DNA of 64,000 nucleotides from the human T2T-CHM13v2.0 reference genome, Homo sapiens, in assembly GCF_009914755.1 (NCBI RefSeq), contig NC_060934.1, one strand, 5' to 3'. The translations under genes were made by a program, and so were the position numbers. Each line of letters opens with the position of its first letter. Position 1 is the stretch's first letter. The notes below the pieces were generated by a model that worked only from the letters and a program-made list of their open reading frames with translations, did not search any database and was not told the origin of the DNA. This document shows positions 48,441-63,400 of this stretch, one piece after another.

Positions 48441-51400
48441 AATTGAAAATAATCACTTGGAAAATAGCAAGTGTCCAGTCTGACCAACTAGTCAGGTTTG
48501 GAAAGTTAAGTAATGGGAGATAGGCCAGAAAGTTTGACTGAAGCCAATCTATGTTGGGTCATGGATGTCAAGTCCTATACTTATTACAGGCACTTGTGCC
48601 TTCTGTGTGCAAATTAGTAGTCAAGCCTATGAAATGGCATGAGCCGCTGAAAGAACAGGTATAAAGCTTCCTTTTCGGGATGTTTTATTTCATACGGAAA
48701 GCAAACCTTTCTCCCATCTCCTGATTGTTACCTTCTTCATAACAGAGTGGCCATGGCCATACATTTCAGCTGCCCAGGTCCCTAATGCGTAAATAAGCCA
48801 GGTGAAAAAACATTAACCTTCAAGCTACATACTACATACTATGAATCTTTCTTTTAAAAGTGAAAATACACTTGGAAACTGAGGGAAGTAGTAAGTATAA
48901 TCTTCCCTTGTCATTAAATCAATAAAGAAATTACTCAACATTACTGAAAATCTGCAGTTCTTGGAAGGTATCTCCTTGTTTGTTATTATCATTATTGTTG
49001 TTATTTCACTTTTCAATGGCTGCCAAGTCTGAAGGTTCCTGGAGTTAAGGACATAACAAGATAAAGAAAAGATATTGCTTTTGCATGAGTTAATGAAGCT
49101 GATATCAATCTTTTATTTCATATACTTCAGGCTGATTATTGCTTTAAATGCAAGCTTTGCTGCATTAAATGTGACACTAACAGGAATACAAATAAGAGAA
49201 TTCCCAATGATATTAATGAGTGGGGCTGAGGAAAGGCTGGCTTCCCTCCCACGCCTAGAGAACAAAACACAGGAAAGGTCACAAAGCAGCCAGACCTGGA
49301 GATAAATCTGAGCTCCACTAACTCAGTGAATGACTCAGAAGTATATTTTTGCTGTTGTTTGTTTCAAACTAGAGGAAGAAAAGACAAAAAATTTGATTGA
49401 GCCTCAGGACAAGGGCTGGCCAGGGTGAGGTTGAAAGGGCCCAGACTTCAGAGTCAGAAGACTTGGTGTTTACCCCTAATTCAGCCCATAACTAGCCAAC
49501 CCCTCTGGGCATCCACTATTCTGTGAAATGACAGGATTTTGCAGCAGTTAATCTGTAAAAGTCCTTCCTGGCTTGAAATTTTAAAGACCAAGTACAAGCC
49601 TATTATGAAATAATCAGAAAGATTTGGAAAATGCCTTCCAAAAGACCAATTGTCTTGATGCCTATGACCTTAAGAGGAAAAAAGGGAACAGTTGAGTAAA
49701 CTGAGTTTTCACTAAGCTGAAGTACATATGATGAGCTAACCAAACAATAGAGCTAGTCCTACTCTATGGGTCTTCTGGCTTCTAATCCTGCTTCTAATAT
49801 TGAAGCAAAACGGGGAAATGGTGCTTTGGAGTTCCACAGGGAGGATTTGGATCTGGAACCAAACTGTAAAAGCTTCATGGGTTTTTTCCATAAAGTGAAG
49901 ATTTAGAATGACATTTGCCCACTCCAAAGTATATACCCAAGAGAACTGAAAACAGGTACTCAAACAAACCGTGGTGCATGAATGTCATCAGTGGCAGGGG
50001 ATAAGAACAGCCTTTATATTGCTTGACATCCAGATCATTTCTCCACGGACTACAGAATAAACAGCAAAATCCCTAACTTCACTTCCAAAGCCCCCAGTAA
50101 ACTGGCCTTCTTCTCCTCCACTTCCCATGTAATCCTCACCACTCCACTTCAGTCAGAACAAAGAATAGCCCTTTCCTGTGCCTGCCTCACACTTTCCTGC
50201 CAACATACTATTTCCTCAGTCCGTGATTGTATTCTCTTGCTTATCTCCACACATCTCCAAAATTCCAAGAAACATTCCGGCTGGAAGTGCTCCTCTCCCT
50301 TTCTCTTCTAAACATTTTCTTCTTTCTCCTCTGTGTACTTTACTTCACTCCTATATTATCATCATTGCTGAACTTGCCTTATCTCCCCTCTTAAATGGTA
50401 CATTCCATTAAGGCTAAAAAATATGGACTTTCACAGGACATGGCTTTAGGGATTTGAACCAATCTTATCTTGATCTCTATGGTGCCAGGAGCCCCTAGTT
50501 GGCATCTCAAATTGGATATTAAACAGCTCACTATAAGTATATAAATATATAGTAATATTTGTTGAATGTTATTTGTTTATTGGTTCATTTCATTTCAAGG
50601 CCATTTTATGCTAAAACTCTCACTCTTTATTCACTTTTGGAGTAATATTATCTAACTGCAACACAAATCTGTGGAAAAGCTGAAGACTTCCATGAGCACT
50701 TTAAGGGATTTTCTTCTTTAAAAAATGGAGCACTAAAGACCAAGACTTGGGATCCCATTGCTCAATTCTGATATCACCAGAAGAGCTTTAGCCTTGGCAA
50801 TAGAATTTTCTTTGTGATATATTTTTAAACCTCCCAGAAGGAAACATGCCGAATTGAAAGGAGATACTTTGATTTCATTGATTTAAACCCTTATTCAGTT
50901 GATTACTAAAGCACATACCTAATCATGGCACATATTTAAAACCACGAAATATTCACAGTGCAATGCATAAGAGATATGATGTATCGTATATTTATTCTAC
51001 AGTTCAGTAAATTCTGGATACAAAGGCTCAAATTGATGCTCTCAAGTTACCGTGTTAGTACAAACACAATTTCTTTCAAAAACAGTTCTTCATCTCCAGA
51101 ATTTGATTTCCATTCTGAAAGATGCTGTCTGTAGATATGCCTTAGATGACATAAATAAATCTAGGCTATAACTCTTTCATACAGCCATCAAAGTACATTC
51201 TGCCTGTGGCTGAATCACTTCTGAACAGGTGAGGCTGTTCCTGCTGCTCCTAACATTTTAGAGTTACCCCATAAAAGGCTACGTCTAAGTACATATTTGC
51301 TAAATGAAATAAAAATTCTCAGTTGAATTTCCCAGAGCTCTGAGCGACTCCCCACTGCTGTTTTGATGTCTCATAGGAAGCGCTGGCACATCACTGAGTT

Positions 51401-51659
51401 TGTAATCCTGAGAAACCACAAGGACTTAGTAGTAGTAGGTGCATGAAAGTGGGACAGGCCAAGAGCCTTTCTTGGTCAAAGACTGGAACTGTTTTACTAA
51501 CTTCTACATTTTATTCATTTGCCTCTTTAAATCGAGTTACTCTGCAACTTCCTTTTCTACAGTGATTCCACCATTAACCTTTTGTTTTGTTTTCCTTGCT
51601 CACTTTGTGCAATAGTCACTAGAGTCAGTTAGCGAATACTTAACAAATATTGGTTGAAT

Positions 51660-52560
<901 letters not shown>

Positions 52561-53493
52561 AGTGAAATCATTAATACAAAAGGAGAAAGCAGAAGTAGAA
52601 CTGCCTTATGGTAGCAGACAAATATTAACTGCAAGGTTAATAATAACAATACGCTTTCATTATTGAGCTATTATTGTTCCCCACTCCTGTTGCTACATCA
52701 ACACATGTGTTTCTAGAGGAATCATCTGTTTGAAATCATCTCCAAGTAGATCCTTGGAAACCCAGTCTCCTGTAGTAGTAGCCTTTTGGCCTGCAGAGAT
52801 ACTACCTTTGTGATGAAAACAGTGAGGGAAAGATCATTAGTCTGTGGCCTGACCTTCGGAAGTATGCTACACCTCCTGGTGGTCATTAGCTCACTCAGCT
52901 TCTACTGGACACGAACTCGCAGGCCACCATGGCCACCAGAAAGCACAGACTGCAGACTGCTCTCCTGACCCAGGATGACCATTACGGAATAACAGCCCCT
53001 GTCACGTGCCACCTCACTCCTACAAAATATCCTAGCTACGACTTAGGGCCATAGGTTCATCACATCAATTTTGCATATGAATCAATGTCCTATTTACTTT
53101 TCCTCTATGGTGTTTAAATGACATCTGATTCCTCACTGTAACCTTGAGCTTCTAGTACATGCTACAGGATAGTTCTATAACTGAGGAAGCTTTTTAAGTG
53201 GGAATGTTAGCCACTTGGGCACTTAATCATCTTTTTATGGATTACAGGATGCATTTTAGGATATTGTTTATTTATGAGGGAGTCCTTATAAGCTCCCTAA
53301 GTACAAAGACATTCTAACTAAAAATATGAGACTTTATTCTTAATTCTCTCGTCCTAATTAAACTGAATAGTCCGTCTTCCTAATGAGACTGAATAGTCCG
53401 CCTCACTGATTTCAAATCTACCATGTTTGTGAATCCAAACACAATTCCAAAGGGCCACCTTTTGCTCTTTCTCAGTTGAAATTACACCACTCT

Positions 53494-53787
53494 GGCTAGG
53501 CGTGGTGGCTCACGCCTGTAATGTCAGCACTTTGGGAGGCCGAAACGGGTGGATCACCTGAGGTTGGGAGTTTGAGATCAGCTTGACCAACATGGAGAAA
53601 CTCCGCCCCTACTAAAAATACAAAATTAGCCAGGTGTGGTGGCACATGCCTGTAATCTCAGCTACTTGGGAGGCTGAGGCAGGAGAATCGCTTGAACCCA
53701 GAAGGCAGAGGTTGTGGTGAGCTTAAATCATGCCATTGCACTCCAGCCTGGGCAGCAAGAGTGAAACTCCATCTCAAAAAAAAAAAA
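53494..53787 (+). mobile_element. AluSp-like, full length
   Basis: 'gaggttgggagtt', 'catggagaaac', 'caagagtg'; degenerate TSD attacaccactct / attataccaatct flanking the Alu plus its GA tail. Confidence 0.93.
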
Positions 53788-53852
53788 GGAAGAAGAAGAA
53801 GAGGAAGAAGAAGAAGAGAAAGAAAGAAAAGAAAGGAAAGAAAGAGAGAGAG

Positions 53853-53915
<63 letters not shown>

Positions 53916-53940
53916 AAAGAAAGAAAGAAAGAAAGAAAGA
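53788..53940 (+). repeat. (GAA)n/(GAAA)n compound microsatellite grown from the Alu tail
   Basis: Pure-purine run, direct read. Confidence 0.95.
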
Positions 53941-54946
53941 TTATACCAATCTTCATGGTCCATATTATGATAATATCTCCCTTGTTGAGTTTTCCTGATT
54001 ACTATCCCTTAAAAGGCCATGATATCTTTCTTCTCTAAATCTTCCAAAGCTTTTATATCACAATTTTTCCTTTTATGCCAATACCACACACACCTTCCCT
54101 AGGCCGTAAGTTGTTTGAAGGCAGGGGCTTTACAATGAGTACCTAGTAGTACGTGCTACAGTCTTCCGGGGATGCTCGACAAGTTGATTGTATCCTCCAG
54201 AAGATCCCTGAGAACCCCAACTTAATTATTAGCCCTCCCACGGCTGTCTCAACAATGCAGGAAAATATGCTTCTCATGTTCAAGCTGCTCTTTCCATCAG
54301 CTGGGCTGGGCCTTCTTGCTGCCAAGGTAATAATAAACATAATTCCAAACTTACAAATGAGAGAAGCTTTGTAGCTGAAAGAATTGAAATCCTAAGTGTA
54401 TAAATGGGTGAAAATTGCTAAAGAGAGGAATGAATGCATGTCAGTTACTATGTATACGGGGTTTACAAGTGTATTCATAAATTATTTATATAAGCAGTTG
54501 CTTGCTTTCCTTACAGAAACTTATACTGTTAAGGAATTGAGGCTGCTTTTATCTTTATATCCATAGTACTCTGGTTGGTAGTAGAACTATGCCTGGTTGG
54601 CAGCAGAAGCCCCATAAATACATGTGGAAACTGATTTCTGGTGTGCCTTGCCATCATGATCAGAGTAAACTATGTTACTAACAATGTGCTACCACTTCCC
54701 AGATATCCTTGTTTTTAAAAGGATAACTGCAGATGATAAAGCCTAACCTAGATCTTTGATAAAGTTGACTGCTTGGGCTTCTTCAAACCACAGATATAAG
54801 ATGGCCCATCCCCCTCTCAGAAGGTATTCTGTTCTCCCAGCTCTATTTTGAGCTCTCCAAGGGCAGGGGCTGGGTCTTGCCAGTATTCCTCGGCCACCTG
54901 ACACAGAAGTGAGCACACAGAGAGAAAAAAAATAAAAGATTTTCTA

Positions 54947-55227
54947 GGCCAGGCACAGTGGCTCACGCCTGTAATACCAGCACTTCGGGAGGCCGAGGTG
55001 GGTGAATCACAAGGTCAGGAGTTCAAGACCAGCCTGGCCAACATGGTGAAACCCCATCTTTACTAAAAATACAAAAATTAGCCAGGCATGGTGGTGCACA
55101 CCTGTAATCCCAGCTACTCAGGAGGTTGAAGCAGGAGAATCACTTGAACCCGTGAGGCAGAAGTTGCTGTAGGCTGAGATCGCATCAATGCACTCCAGCC
55201 TGGGTGACATAGTGAGACTCAAAAAAA
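54947..55227 (+). mobile_element. AluSg-like
   Basis: 'atcacaaggtcaggagttc' (2-nt deletion type); TSD aaaagatttt(c/g)ta. Confidence 0.92.
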
Positions 55228-56719
55228 GATTTTGTATATTATTATAGGCACAATCTCAACAGCTGATGGCAGACAGCAGCACTCTGTTACCGCTGCCAAG
55301 CCCAGCACCAGAAATGGACTCCATCAAATGCCAGGCTACCCTATGCCAAAATACTCTCACCCAGGCAGAAAGAAGGTCTGTCCAAGTCTTCCAAAAGAGC
55401 CAAAACAGGGCAGAAAAAAAGAGGATGAATAGAAATTAAAAAAAAACATTTGGTTCTGTCATGTGCAAATAACCACATCATCACCAAGATTGTCAAACCA
55501 GCGAACCTGAATGCCCTCTTTATCCCCTCAAGGAATTCAAAGTCCGTCTTTGCACAGGTCTGGCTATAGAAAGTTCATCCTGACATTGAGCCTTTGTTCC
55601 CTGAAATTTCCTCCTGTTGAGGGGGGAATAAAAGTCAGCACCCTGATCACAGGGATTTTTGTCCTTTTTTAAATGTTTCACTGCTTGTAACCCCAATGTC
55701 TAGAATACAACCTGACACAGAGTAGCATACAATATGTATCAGCTGAATGAATGAATAAATGAGTCTTAGCTCGGCCTCTCAGAGCTATACAGAATAAGTC
55801 TGACCTCCTTCCACATACCACCCTTTCAGATTCTGATGCATAATCATTACACGATGTATCCGTACATGTTTACCTGAGCTTCCTGCTAAAACTTCTCTCC
55901 TAGGACAAGTTTCCAAGCTGCTTCTCCATGCTGGTCTTTCTTCTCTGACTACTAAGTCAAGGTTCTCAACAGGTTGGCTTCAGGTGATTTTATCCCCCCA
56001 ACCAGGTGACAAGCAATGGTTGTAGCCTATGAGACCAGGGGTCATGGTCATGACCATTTCTATAATCCTCACATTGTCTGGGACTGCACATGGCATCATG
56101 GCATGAAGTAAGTGCTTAGTAAGTGTTGATGAATAAAGCCCTTAGCCCCTGTTTAAGCTCCAGCCTGGCTGAGCTAGATTTCCATAGCAAGATCTCTTCT
56201 CCTTTGTTTCTTTCTGTTTTGTCTCTTTTCTCCAGAGCATTCACTGTCAGGGAACTCCTTCCTCCTCCAATCTAATTAGAGGAGTTATAATTAATCCAAT
56301 CTATAAGTAATTAGGCAAAGCAACAACAAAACACACTATAACTACAAAATGGAAAGTATATTCCTAAAACCAAGGTTGTTCACACACACACGCCCCACCT
56401 ACAAACACACGCACATGCCCACACACACACATACACACACACTCATATTTTTTCTACCTGTCCAGTAGGAATTAAGAAACATGGGGAGAAATCAGAATGA
56501 GCAATAAGACCGAAGTGGAGACTGTGGGGACAGGAGCAGGGGCCACCTCATTCATAATGACTTAAGTGAAATCTTTGACACACACTCATTTTATATGTAT
56601 GAATGTCATTATTTTAACTTTAAAAAATATCTTTTAACACTTTTCAGAAGGATAGAAAGACAATTAATTATAATACATAGAGTGGTATTGAGTGTTTTTA
56701 AATAACCCCAGATACATCT

Positions 56720-57090
56720 TGCTTTGGGATATAACTTGCGATTTCACTGAGTGCTGTGTGTCCGGCCCTTAGAGAGCCTAGCTTACAACAACCCTCGGAG
56801 AAGGTTGTTAGTTGTCTCCATCTTAAAGGTGAAGAGCTTGAGACTCTAATCACATCCTAAACATGTTGAGCTTATGATCTGCCTGGCACTTCAGCTTGCT
56901 ATGTCACTCTACCTCCTACAGTCTTGTGAGGATGAGAACACTGAAGCTCAGATGACCTTCCCAAAGTCACTCAGTCAGCAATTAGGAGATCCAGGATTTA
57001 CAACCAAGTCACTCTGATGCCAAAGCCTGTGATGTTAGTCACTAGACCATGCTGAAAGAAGATGAGGAAACAGAGACTTAGAGCGGTCCC
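56720..57090 (-). mobile_element. MIR fragments
   Basis: 'gatgagaacactgaagctcaga...ccaaagtcactcag...ccaggatttacaaccaagtc...gatgaggaaacagagacttagag'. Confidence 0.55.
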
Positions 57091-57370
57091 ATGACTGGGA
57101 GAGAAATTGTCCCTCAGGCCAATGAATACGTCAGGAAACAGACATGACTGCCCCCTCCCAGGATTCCCATCTACTGCCAGCCAATCCTTGTGTCTCCTGC
57201 CTTCAGGTCACTGTACAGAACTCCCTGTTCCACTGAGCCATGTCCCATTATATGCAAGGTTGAGTCCTCCCTGCTCTGCAACCTCTTAGCACTTGCCAAT
57301 TCTCTGGGGCCCTGTCTTTAATCTGCACTCATTTATGAGCTGTGCTGCTCTGAGAATGTTCCTAAGTGCA

Positions 57371-57374
<4 letters not shown>

Positions 57375-57409
<35 letters not shown>
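57375..57409 (+). repeat. (CA)n microsatellite
   Basis: Direct read. Confidence 0.95.
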
Positions 57410-57411
<2 letters not shown>

Positions 57412-57619
57412 TCCTCAACTCAGCTTTATGCTCCCTCGTCGCAGAGAAAAAGAAGGTTGTCCTATGGCTGTGTGGTTCTTGCACACAGTGGCAAGAAATA
57501 GCTCCTGTCCTGGAAATGCCGAGAAAGACTACCATCACTAATAACAGTGGGCAGGAGACAGGCCAACATGAAACCAGTGACAGGTGACCTGTTTGTGAAT
57601 AAATGATCTTCAGATAAAA

Positions 57620-58330
57620 TGCAGGGTAGAAAGCAGAACAGTCATTGGAAAGGTTCACACAGAGTTCCAGAGAATCTTTCCAATGTGGAGTATATGAAAA
57701 ATCAGAGCAGGCTCCAAAGAGAAGATGACATTTCCTCTGGGCGCTGAAGGATGGAAGAAGTTGAGTACATGAGAGGGAATGGGTGTTCCAAATAAACAGC
57801 AAAGACAAAAGTCCCGAGGCAGGTAATCACAGGAAGAACATGAGGGGCAAAGAACATGTCCATCTAGCTGGATCGCTGGGTGCAAAAGGGTGCAGCGGGG
57901 GAATTAAGTTGGTTATGCAGGTGGGGTCCAGATGCGGGGAGCTTGAGTGGCAGGACCGAGGATTTGATCTCTAGTCTGAGGACAATAAGGAGCCACTTGA
58001 GGTTTTAGAGTAGGGGAGTAGCATAATCTAAAATGTGCTTCAGAAAAATATACCTGCTATTAACATGGAAATTGGATTGGAAAGGGAAGAGGTCTGTAGC
58101 AAGGATACTTGTGTGAGATTATTTCAGAAGATTACAAAGAAAGAAGATGACCTGAAACAACTAGGGCAGCAGCAGACACAAAGGAAAGGAAAGGGTTCTG
58201 AGTGCCCACAGAGACAGAATGGACAAGATTCCACAAAGGGGAAGAGGAAGGGAGAGAATGGACAAGATTCCACCAAGGGAGTGTGGGAGAGGAAGGAGTC
58301 AACGCAGGACACCTGGGAAGCTGAGACAGG
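57620..58330 (-). mobile_element. L2 fragment
   Basis: 'tccaaataaacagcaaagacaaaagtcccgaggc...aataaggagccacttgaggtttt'; boundaries approximate. Confidence 0.5.
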
Positions 58331-58339
58331 AACAGCAGA

Positions 58340-58560
58340 TACTGGATGCTTACTGAGTGCCAGGCATTATGTGGAGGACTTGATACAGGTCCCAGCCCAT
58401 GGAATCCTCAGAAGCACCTATGAAGTAAGCAAACTCATTTAACAAGTGTGATCACTGAGGCATTGAGAGGTTAAATAACTTGCCCAGGTGCTCTCAGCTG
58501 GTAAGTGACAGCACTGGGGTTTGAACTAGGGGATCCTGTCTCCACAGCCCATCCTCTTCA
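58340..58560 (-). mobile_element. MIR
   Basis: 'tgcttactgagtgccaggca...actgaggcattgagaggttaaataacttgccc...ggtttgaactagg'. Confidence 0.65.
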
Positions 58561-60089
58561 TCGCAAAGCTAGGCTGAGTTGCAGAAACCAGGAATCCAAG
58601 AATTCCAGCAGGTTAGGATGGGCCAAGGCTGAAGAGACAGAAAAGGAGTCTAGAGAGCCAGGAGGAGACTGTGGAAAGTCCAGGAGTCAAGGGAGAAGGG
58701 AGCTTCGAGAAGGGAGCAAGGGTGGGAGGGTCCTGCTTCCTGGGCACCCCCTCCAACGGAGCTTGCAAGCACTGCACTTGCTTCCCTCCCAGAACCAGCA
58801 GCCACCCTATGAAGCAAGCACTTTCCTTTCATTCCTGTGTTTACAGGTAAAGAAACTGAAGCTCAGAGCTTGTGCACAGATGAGGTGTGGGAAATTAACT
58901 CAGGTCTCTGTTTGTCCTAAAGTCTGAGCTTTTAACCAATACTTTGTCAAAACAGACCCAAGAATCAGTACAAATGAAAAAAAGAAAAGGCCACTGTATA
59001 TGGCTAGTAAGCAGGGGCTGCTGGGGAGGTTACTGTATAGCTTAAAATCCAAACCAGAGCATTTTAGAGAGTGAAATGGATGCTATCAATAATTATGCCA
59101 GGAGAAGTGGTGTCAGATAGGACTTTCCCAAGCAACCTAAGATGTGTGTTCATCCTACTAAAAGGGCATTGGCCACTAAAACAAAATGAAATAAAATAAA
59201 TGCAATGGCAGTGAGCATGGAAGCCAATAACAGCAAGCGAAGAGAAATAGGACATGAGGAGCTGGAGAAAATGAAGACGAACTTGGCGACCTCAAAAAGT
59301 CTGAAAACTTTAAAAATAACTTGTGGAGGGCGGCAGGTAAGACCTGCTCAACCATGAGCAGGAACAGCACCTTGCACAGTGCCCAGTACAAGCACTTCAG
59401 AAATGCCTGTTGACTCATTAATTGGGGGCAGGGAAAGAATTCTTTTTTAGGAAAGAAAAATACTGAGTATATTTGTAATCAGAAAGAGATGATCCTTTGG
59501 CGGAGGAGTATAAAAAATGCAAATGCAAGAGAAATTAATAAAATAAAGAGAGCCTCAAGGAAGTAAGTGGGAGAATAGTTTGCCTTAAAAAGGAGCAGAG
59601 GAGCTTTCTTCTGGAAAATATATAAAAGGCAGGGATCATAAGCAAAGGACGTGCAGGGAGGAAGTAGACAGCTACTCAGGAGACGAAATTGAAAAGGCTT
59701 GGGGCGAGGACAGGATATCGGCAGCGTCCACTCCACATTTCACCCAACAAGTATGTACTGAGTGTCTTCCCGTGAAGACGTTCCCTGAGGCAGCCAGGAC
59801 CCTTTTTTTAGAGTAGCCTGCAGCTGCATGGTGACCCCAGGACTAGGAAGCTGGAAGCAGAGAGTCCAGGGGCCAGGGACCAATTTCTAATTTGGCCACT
59901 GATTTGCTTTGTGACCTGGAACAAGTCACTTCCCCTCTCAGGGGATCAGTTTTCTCCACTATCAAATGTGGAGGTTGAACTTGATCATTGGGTCCCAGAG
60001 AACTAGAGACCCAGGTTAGACAATGATGAACTGTGTGTTTTTAACAATTCAAATGTAGTAAGGACAGAAAAATGCATGTTTCATACATT

Positions 60090-60340
60090 TTCAGTTCTCT
60101 GCATTTTCACAAACTGAACATGCTATGAAATCAACACTCAGATAAGAAACAGAACATAACTAGTAGCTCAGAAGCCCCATGGTGCTCACTAACCGCTCAC
60201 TCAGAGTAACTATACCCTTATCACTAACAGCATGGATTAGTTTCACCTGTGTTTGTCCCATCTCCAAGTATACTCCTAGAATACGTGCTAGTTTATGTCT
60301 AATTTCCTCCACTCAGGATCATTCATGAAGTTTGCTACAA
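60090..60340 (-). mobile_element. Old L1M 3'UTR fragment
   Basis: 'ttttcacaaactgaaca...cagataagaaacagaacataactag...catggattagtttcacctg'. Confidence 0.55.
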
Positions 60341-63169
60341 TACATTCCTACATATGTGAAAAATAAAGACAATACTGTACATTCTGTTATCAAGCTAAAT
60401 ATGTTTCAGTTAAATGACTGTCCTTTATTCTGAGATAATATTCTTTCATCTACTTTGTATAAACAGTCCTTTTGAAAAATTTCCCCCATAGCATTGGAAC
60501 TTTGGTTGGTATTTTGTTTTCTTTTGTTGTTGAGATAAATGTTTTTGTTCCCATTTAGAAAATTCAACCTCTAAATTATATTGTCCAGGAATTTGGCTGG
60601 GCTAGGCCACCCCCAGATGTGGGCCCTGCTGGTGTAACTGGGCTGTAGGGTTCTGGACACTGTAATTTACTGGGCCAAGCTTTAAGACTCTGAGCTTCCT
60701 GGTTAGAGCCCTCTCTGATGGCAGAATGTGAAAGAAGAGATGCCACAGGTTCTCAGCAGTGTCTGCAGAAGCCACAGACATAAGACTCGACTTTTCTGAA
60801 GAGGAGAGAGGAGAGGAGAAGAGAGGAGAGGGGAGGGGAGGCTTGAAACCTCCACACACTATCCACACAGTGACATAAACAGCAGTTTTATCTCCCCATT
60901 AAAACAGACCAGATGAGGTTTTATCAGGCAGCAAAGAAGTCTGGGCTGGGAGTCGGGGGAGGGAGGAGGTGGGCAGAGGGAAACGTGTAACTCACTTGTG
61001 GGACAGGACCAGAGGATGGAGCAAGGCAGCACAAACTCAAGTCAGAGTCTCCTCAACTCAGGGTCCCTATGGAATGCTGGGGAGAGGAGGATGGTGTGTG
61101 GGCTATATCCTCAGGAGGCCTCAGAACCAGAAGCAGGACCTTGAGGAGAATGCAGGGCCTCTGTTTTAAAAAGAAGGAAAGAAAAAAGAAAAGAAAAGCT
61201 TGCTGCATTGACTTCTCCGGCAGAGGGGCAAAAGGTAAAGAAAGTCTGAGAAAGAAGCAAAAATCACCTGTGCTGTTGCAAACAACACCAGTTGTGATGA
61301 GGGTTCGGTCTATCTGCAACAGCATCCATTTAACGTGAGCACCCCACAGGAAACCTTAACAAAAATGACCCTGGCTTATTCCCTGTTCTCAAGAAGCCAT
61401 ACAGGAGACAGAATAAACATGAAATTTTTAAAAAGGGAACCCTGGCATGCCCAGTTCTTAAGGAATAATTGTCTGGTGTGATTATACAGAGTCTGTGATG
61501 GAATCTTCCATCAAAATCTATTCAAGGAGATGTGCCTTCAAGGAAAAAGATCTCTGTTCCTCAGGAGTGCACAATTATATATGCAGCTGGATCTTCTTTG
61601 GAGCAATCCATTATAGGACAACTCCACATAAAACAAAATTATTCTCAGGCTATGTTTGCATCATTAGTTTGCAAAAGGATGTACCAAGAGTTTCTTTTAA
61701 TAGATGGTGTCCTGCTCCATTCAACATAGGATTCCTTGTGAATACAACTTTTTAGAAGGCTTATATATTGCATAAAGCAAGATACATACCAGCATCTCTC
61801 CATAGTTGGTTGTTTTGCCATTGTTTCCATAGGGGGCAGTTCTGGGTTTTGTTTTGCTGTTGTTTTGGGGTTTTTTTGTTTTTTGTGTTTTTTGGCTGTT
61901 CAGCATTCAACAACACCCCCCACACCCACCCCACCGCCCATTTCTGCTAGCACCTCCATCTCCTGTTGGGGAAAATTCCCCAGTTTTAAGATCTCGGCAG
62001 AAGGTAAGTCCCAGCCCCTGCCACCTTGCACCACCTGCTCTACTAGCGGAAGTCAAGGAGGCCACACTGTTTCTCCACCACACTATGCCAGGCTTGACCA
62101 GTCAGATGTTCATTCCTGGGACTTTGAGATTTGGCCAAGTGATGTCAAGTCAGAGGGAATATTTGAAGGGACACATTCACCACGGTGACTGAAGCCTTTT
62201 GACACCAACTGTTCCTGATATCCCAACACCAATCCCACCAATAACTTTTCCTAAATCCCTCCCCCTTCCACCTTTTCTCCCTAAATATGGACAGAGTTGG
62301 TTTCTGATTCTTGCAAATGAGAATACATCTGGGAAACTGAAAAACACTGTTTCTAGCCCACATATAAAAGGGCCACAGGCCTTCCCAACAGACTCTACAC
62401 CTAATACATTGCAGGTCCTTCAATAGTAGAGACCACATTTTCTGTTATCTCTTCCCATTCCACCGATGAAACAGACCAACAAAAGAGCTGGGGGACACTA
62501 ACCAATATGGACTCCAAAGTCCATATTGAAACTTAGCATGAAGTTAACCGAGAAGAGGCCAAATAGAAGCATCTTAAAGTCTTCTAGAGTAGATTGGGTT
62601 GTAAATAATACAACAAGTTCATATACTAAAGTACAAGAATATAAATAACTACACTTCATGTCTGCCTCATGAGCAGACATTATGTCTTAGGTATTTAATT
62701 TTAAAGTCACGCTGAACATTATGTTTTAATTAACGAACCTTGCTTCACAAGGCAATGAGGAGCATTTCTGCCAATTAGTGTCAGATCTATCTTTCATACA
62801 TATGTCCTCTAATTCCTCACTTGCACTCCGGAATGGCCCAGGGGAAATTAATGACCTCTCTTTCACTTTATGTATATGGGTTTTTCCACCCACTAGTGGC
62901 TCACTTTTTGTCACCTCCCTGCCAAAGGACATCTGGAATATCTACAGCTGCATCTGTGGATGCCATTCCTTGATGTATAATCATGGCAAATCCAATTTCC
63001 CTCATAACAAAACCATCAAGAGTGCCCCCGCAACCCCAGGTCCCCAAGCCTTTCCCCTACAACCAGGTTATGCAAGGATGTGTCCAAGTCTGCAAATGGT
63101 AGCTGCCTCCATGAGATCAGAACAGGGCGGGGGGCAACACTGCCTCTTAGATGCCAGCGCAGGCTCCAG

Positions 63170-63400
63170 CATCAGCCTGCCAGGTGAAATTCCTGGTTTT
63201 ACTAGCTGTAAATTCCAGCATTTACTAGCTGTGCAACCTTAACAAGTCCTTTCACTCCTCTTAGGTTTAGCTTCTTTACATGGAAAATTGGACTATTAAT
63301 AGTAGCCACCTTACAGGGGTGTTGGGAGGACTAAATGAAACAGCATGTGTTGCACTTAGAAAATAACCCAGCACTTAGGAAATGCTTAATAAGCGTTTGC
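63170..63400 (+). mobile_element. MIR
   Basis: 'tttactagctgtgcaaccttaacaagtc...ggaaaattgg...acaggggtgttgggaggactaaatga...atgcttaataa'. Confidence 0.65.

Noticed and set aside
53658-54038. K/E/R-rich and F/L/S-rich ORFs
   Set aside because: Translation of an Alu plus the (GAAA)n tract
58216-58273. Short direct repeats (19-mer at 58216 and 58255; also 33871-33912, 53362-53400, 63409-63452)
   Set aside because: Ordinary small slippage duplications
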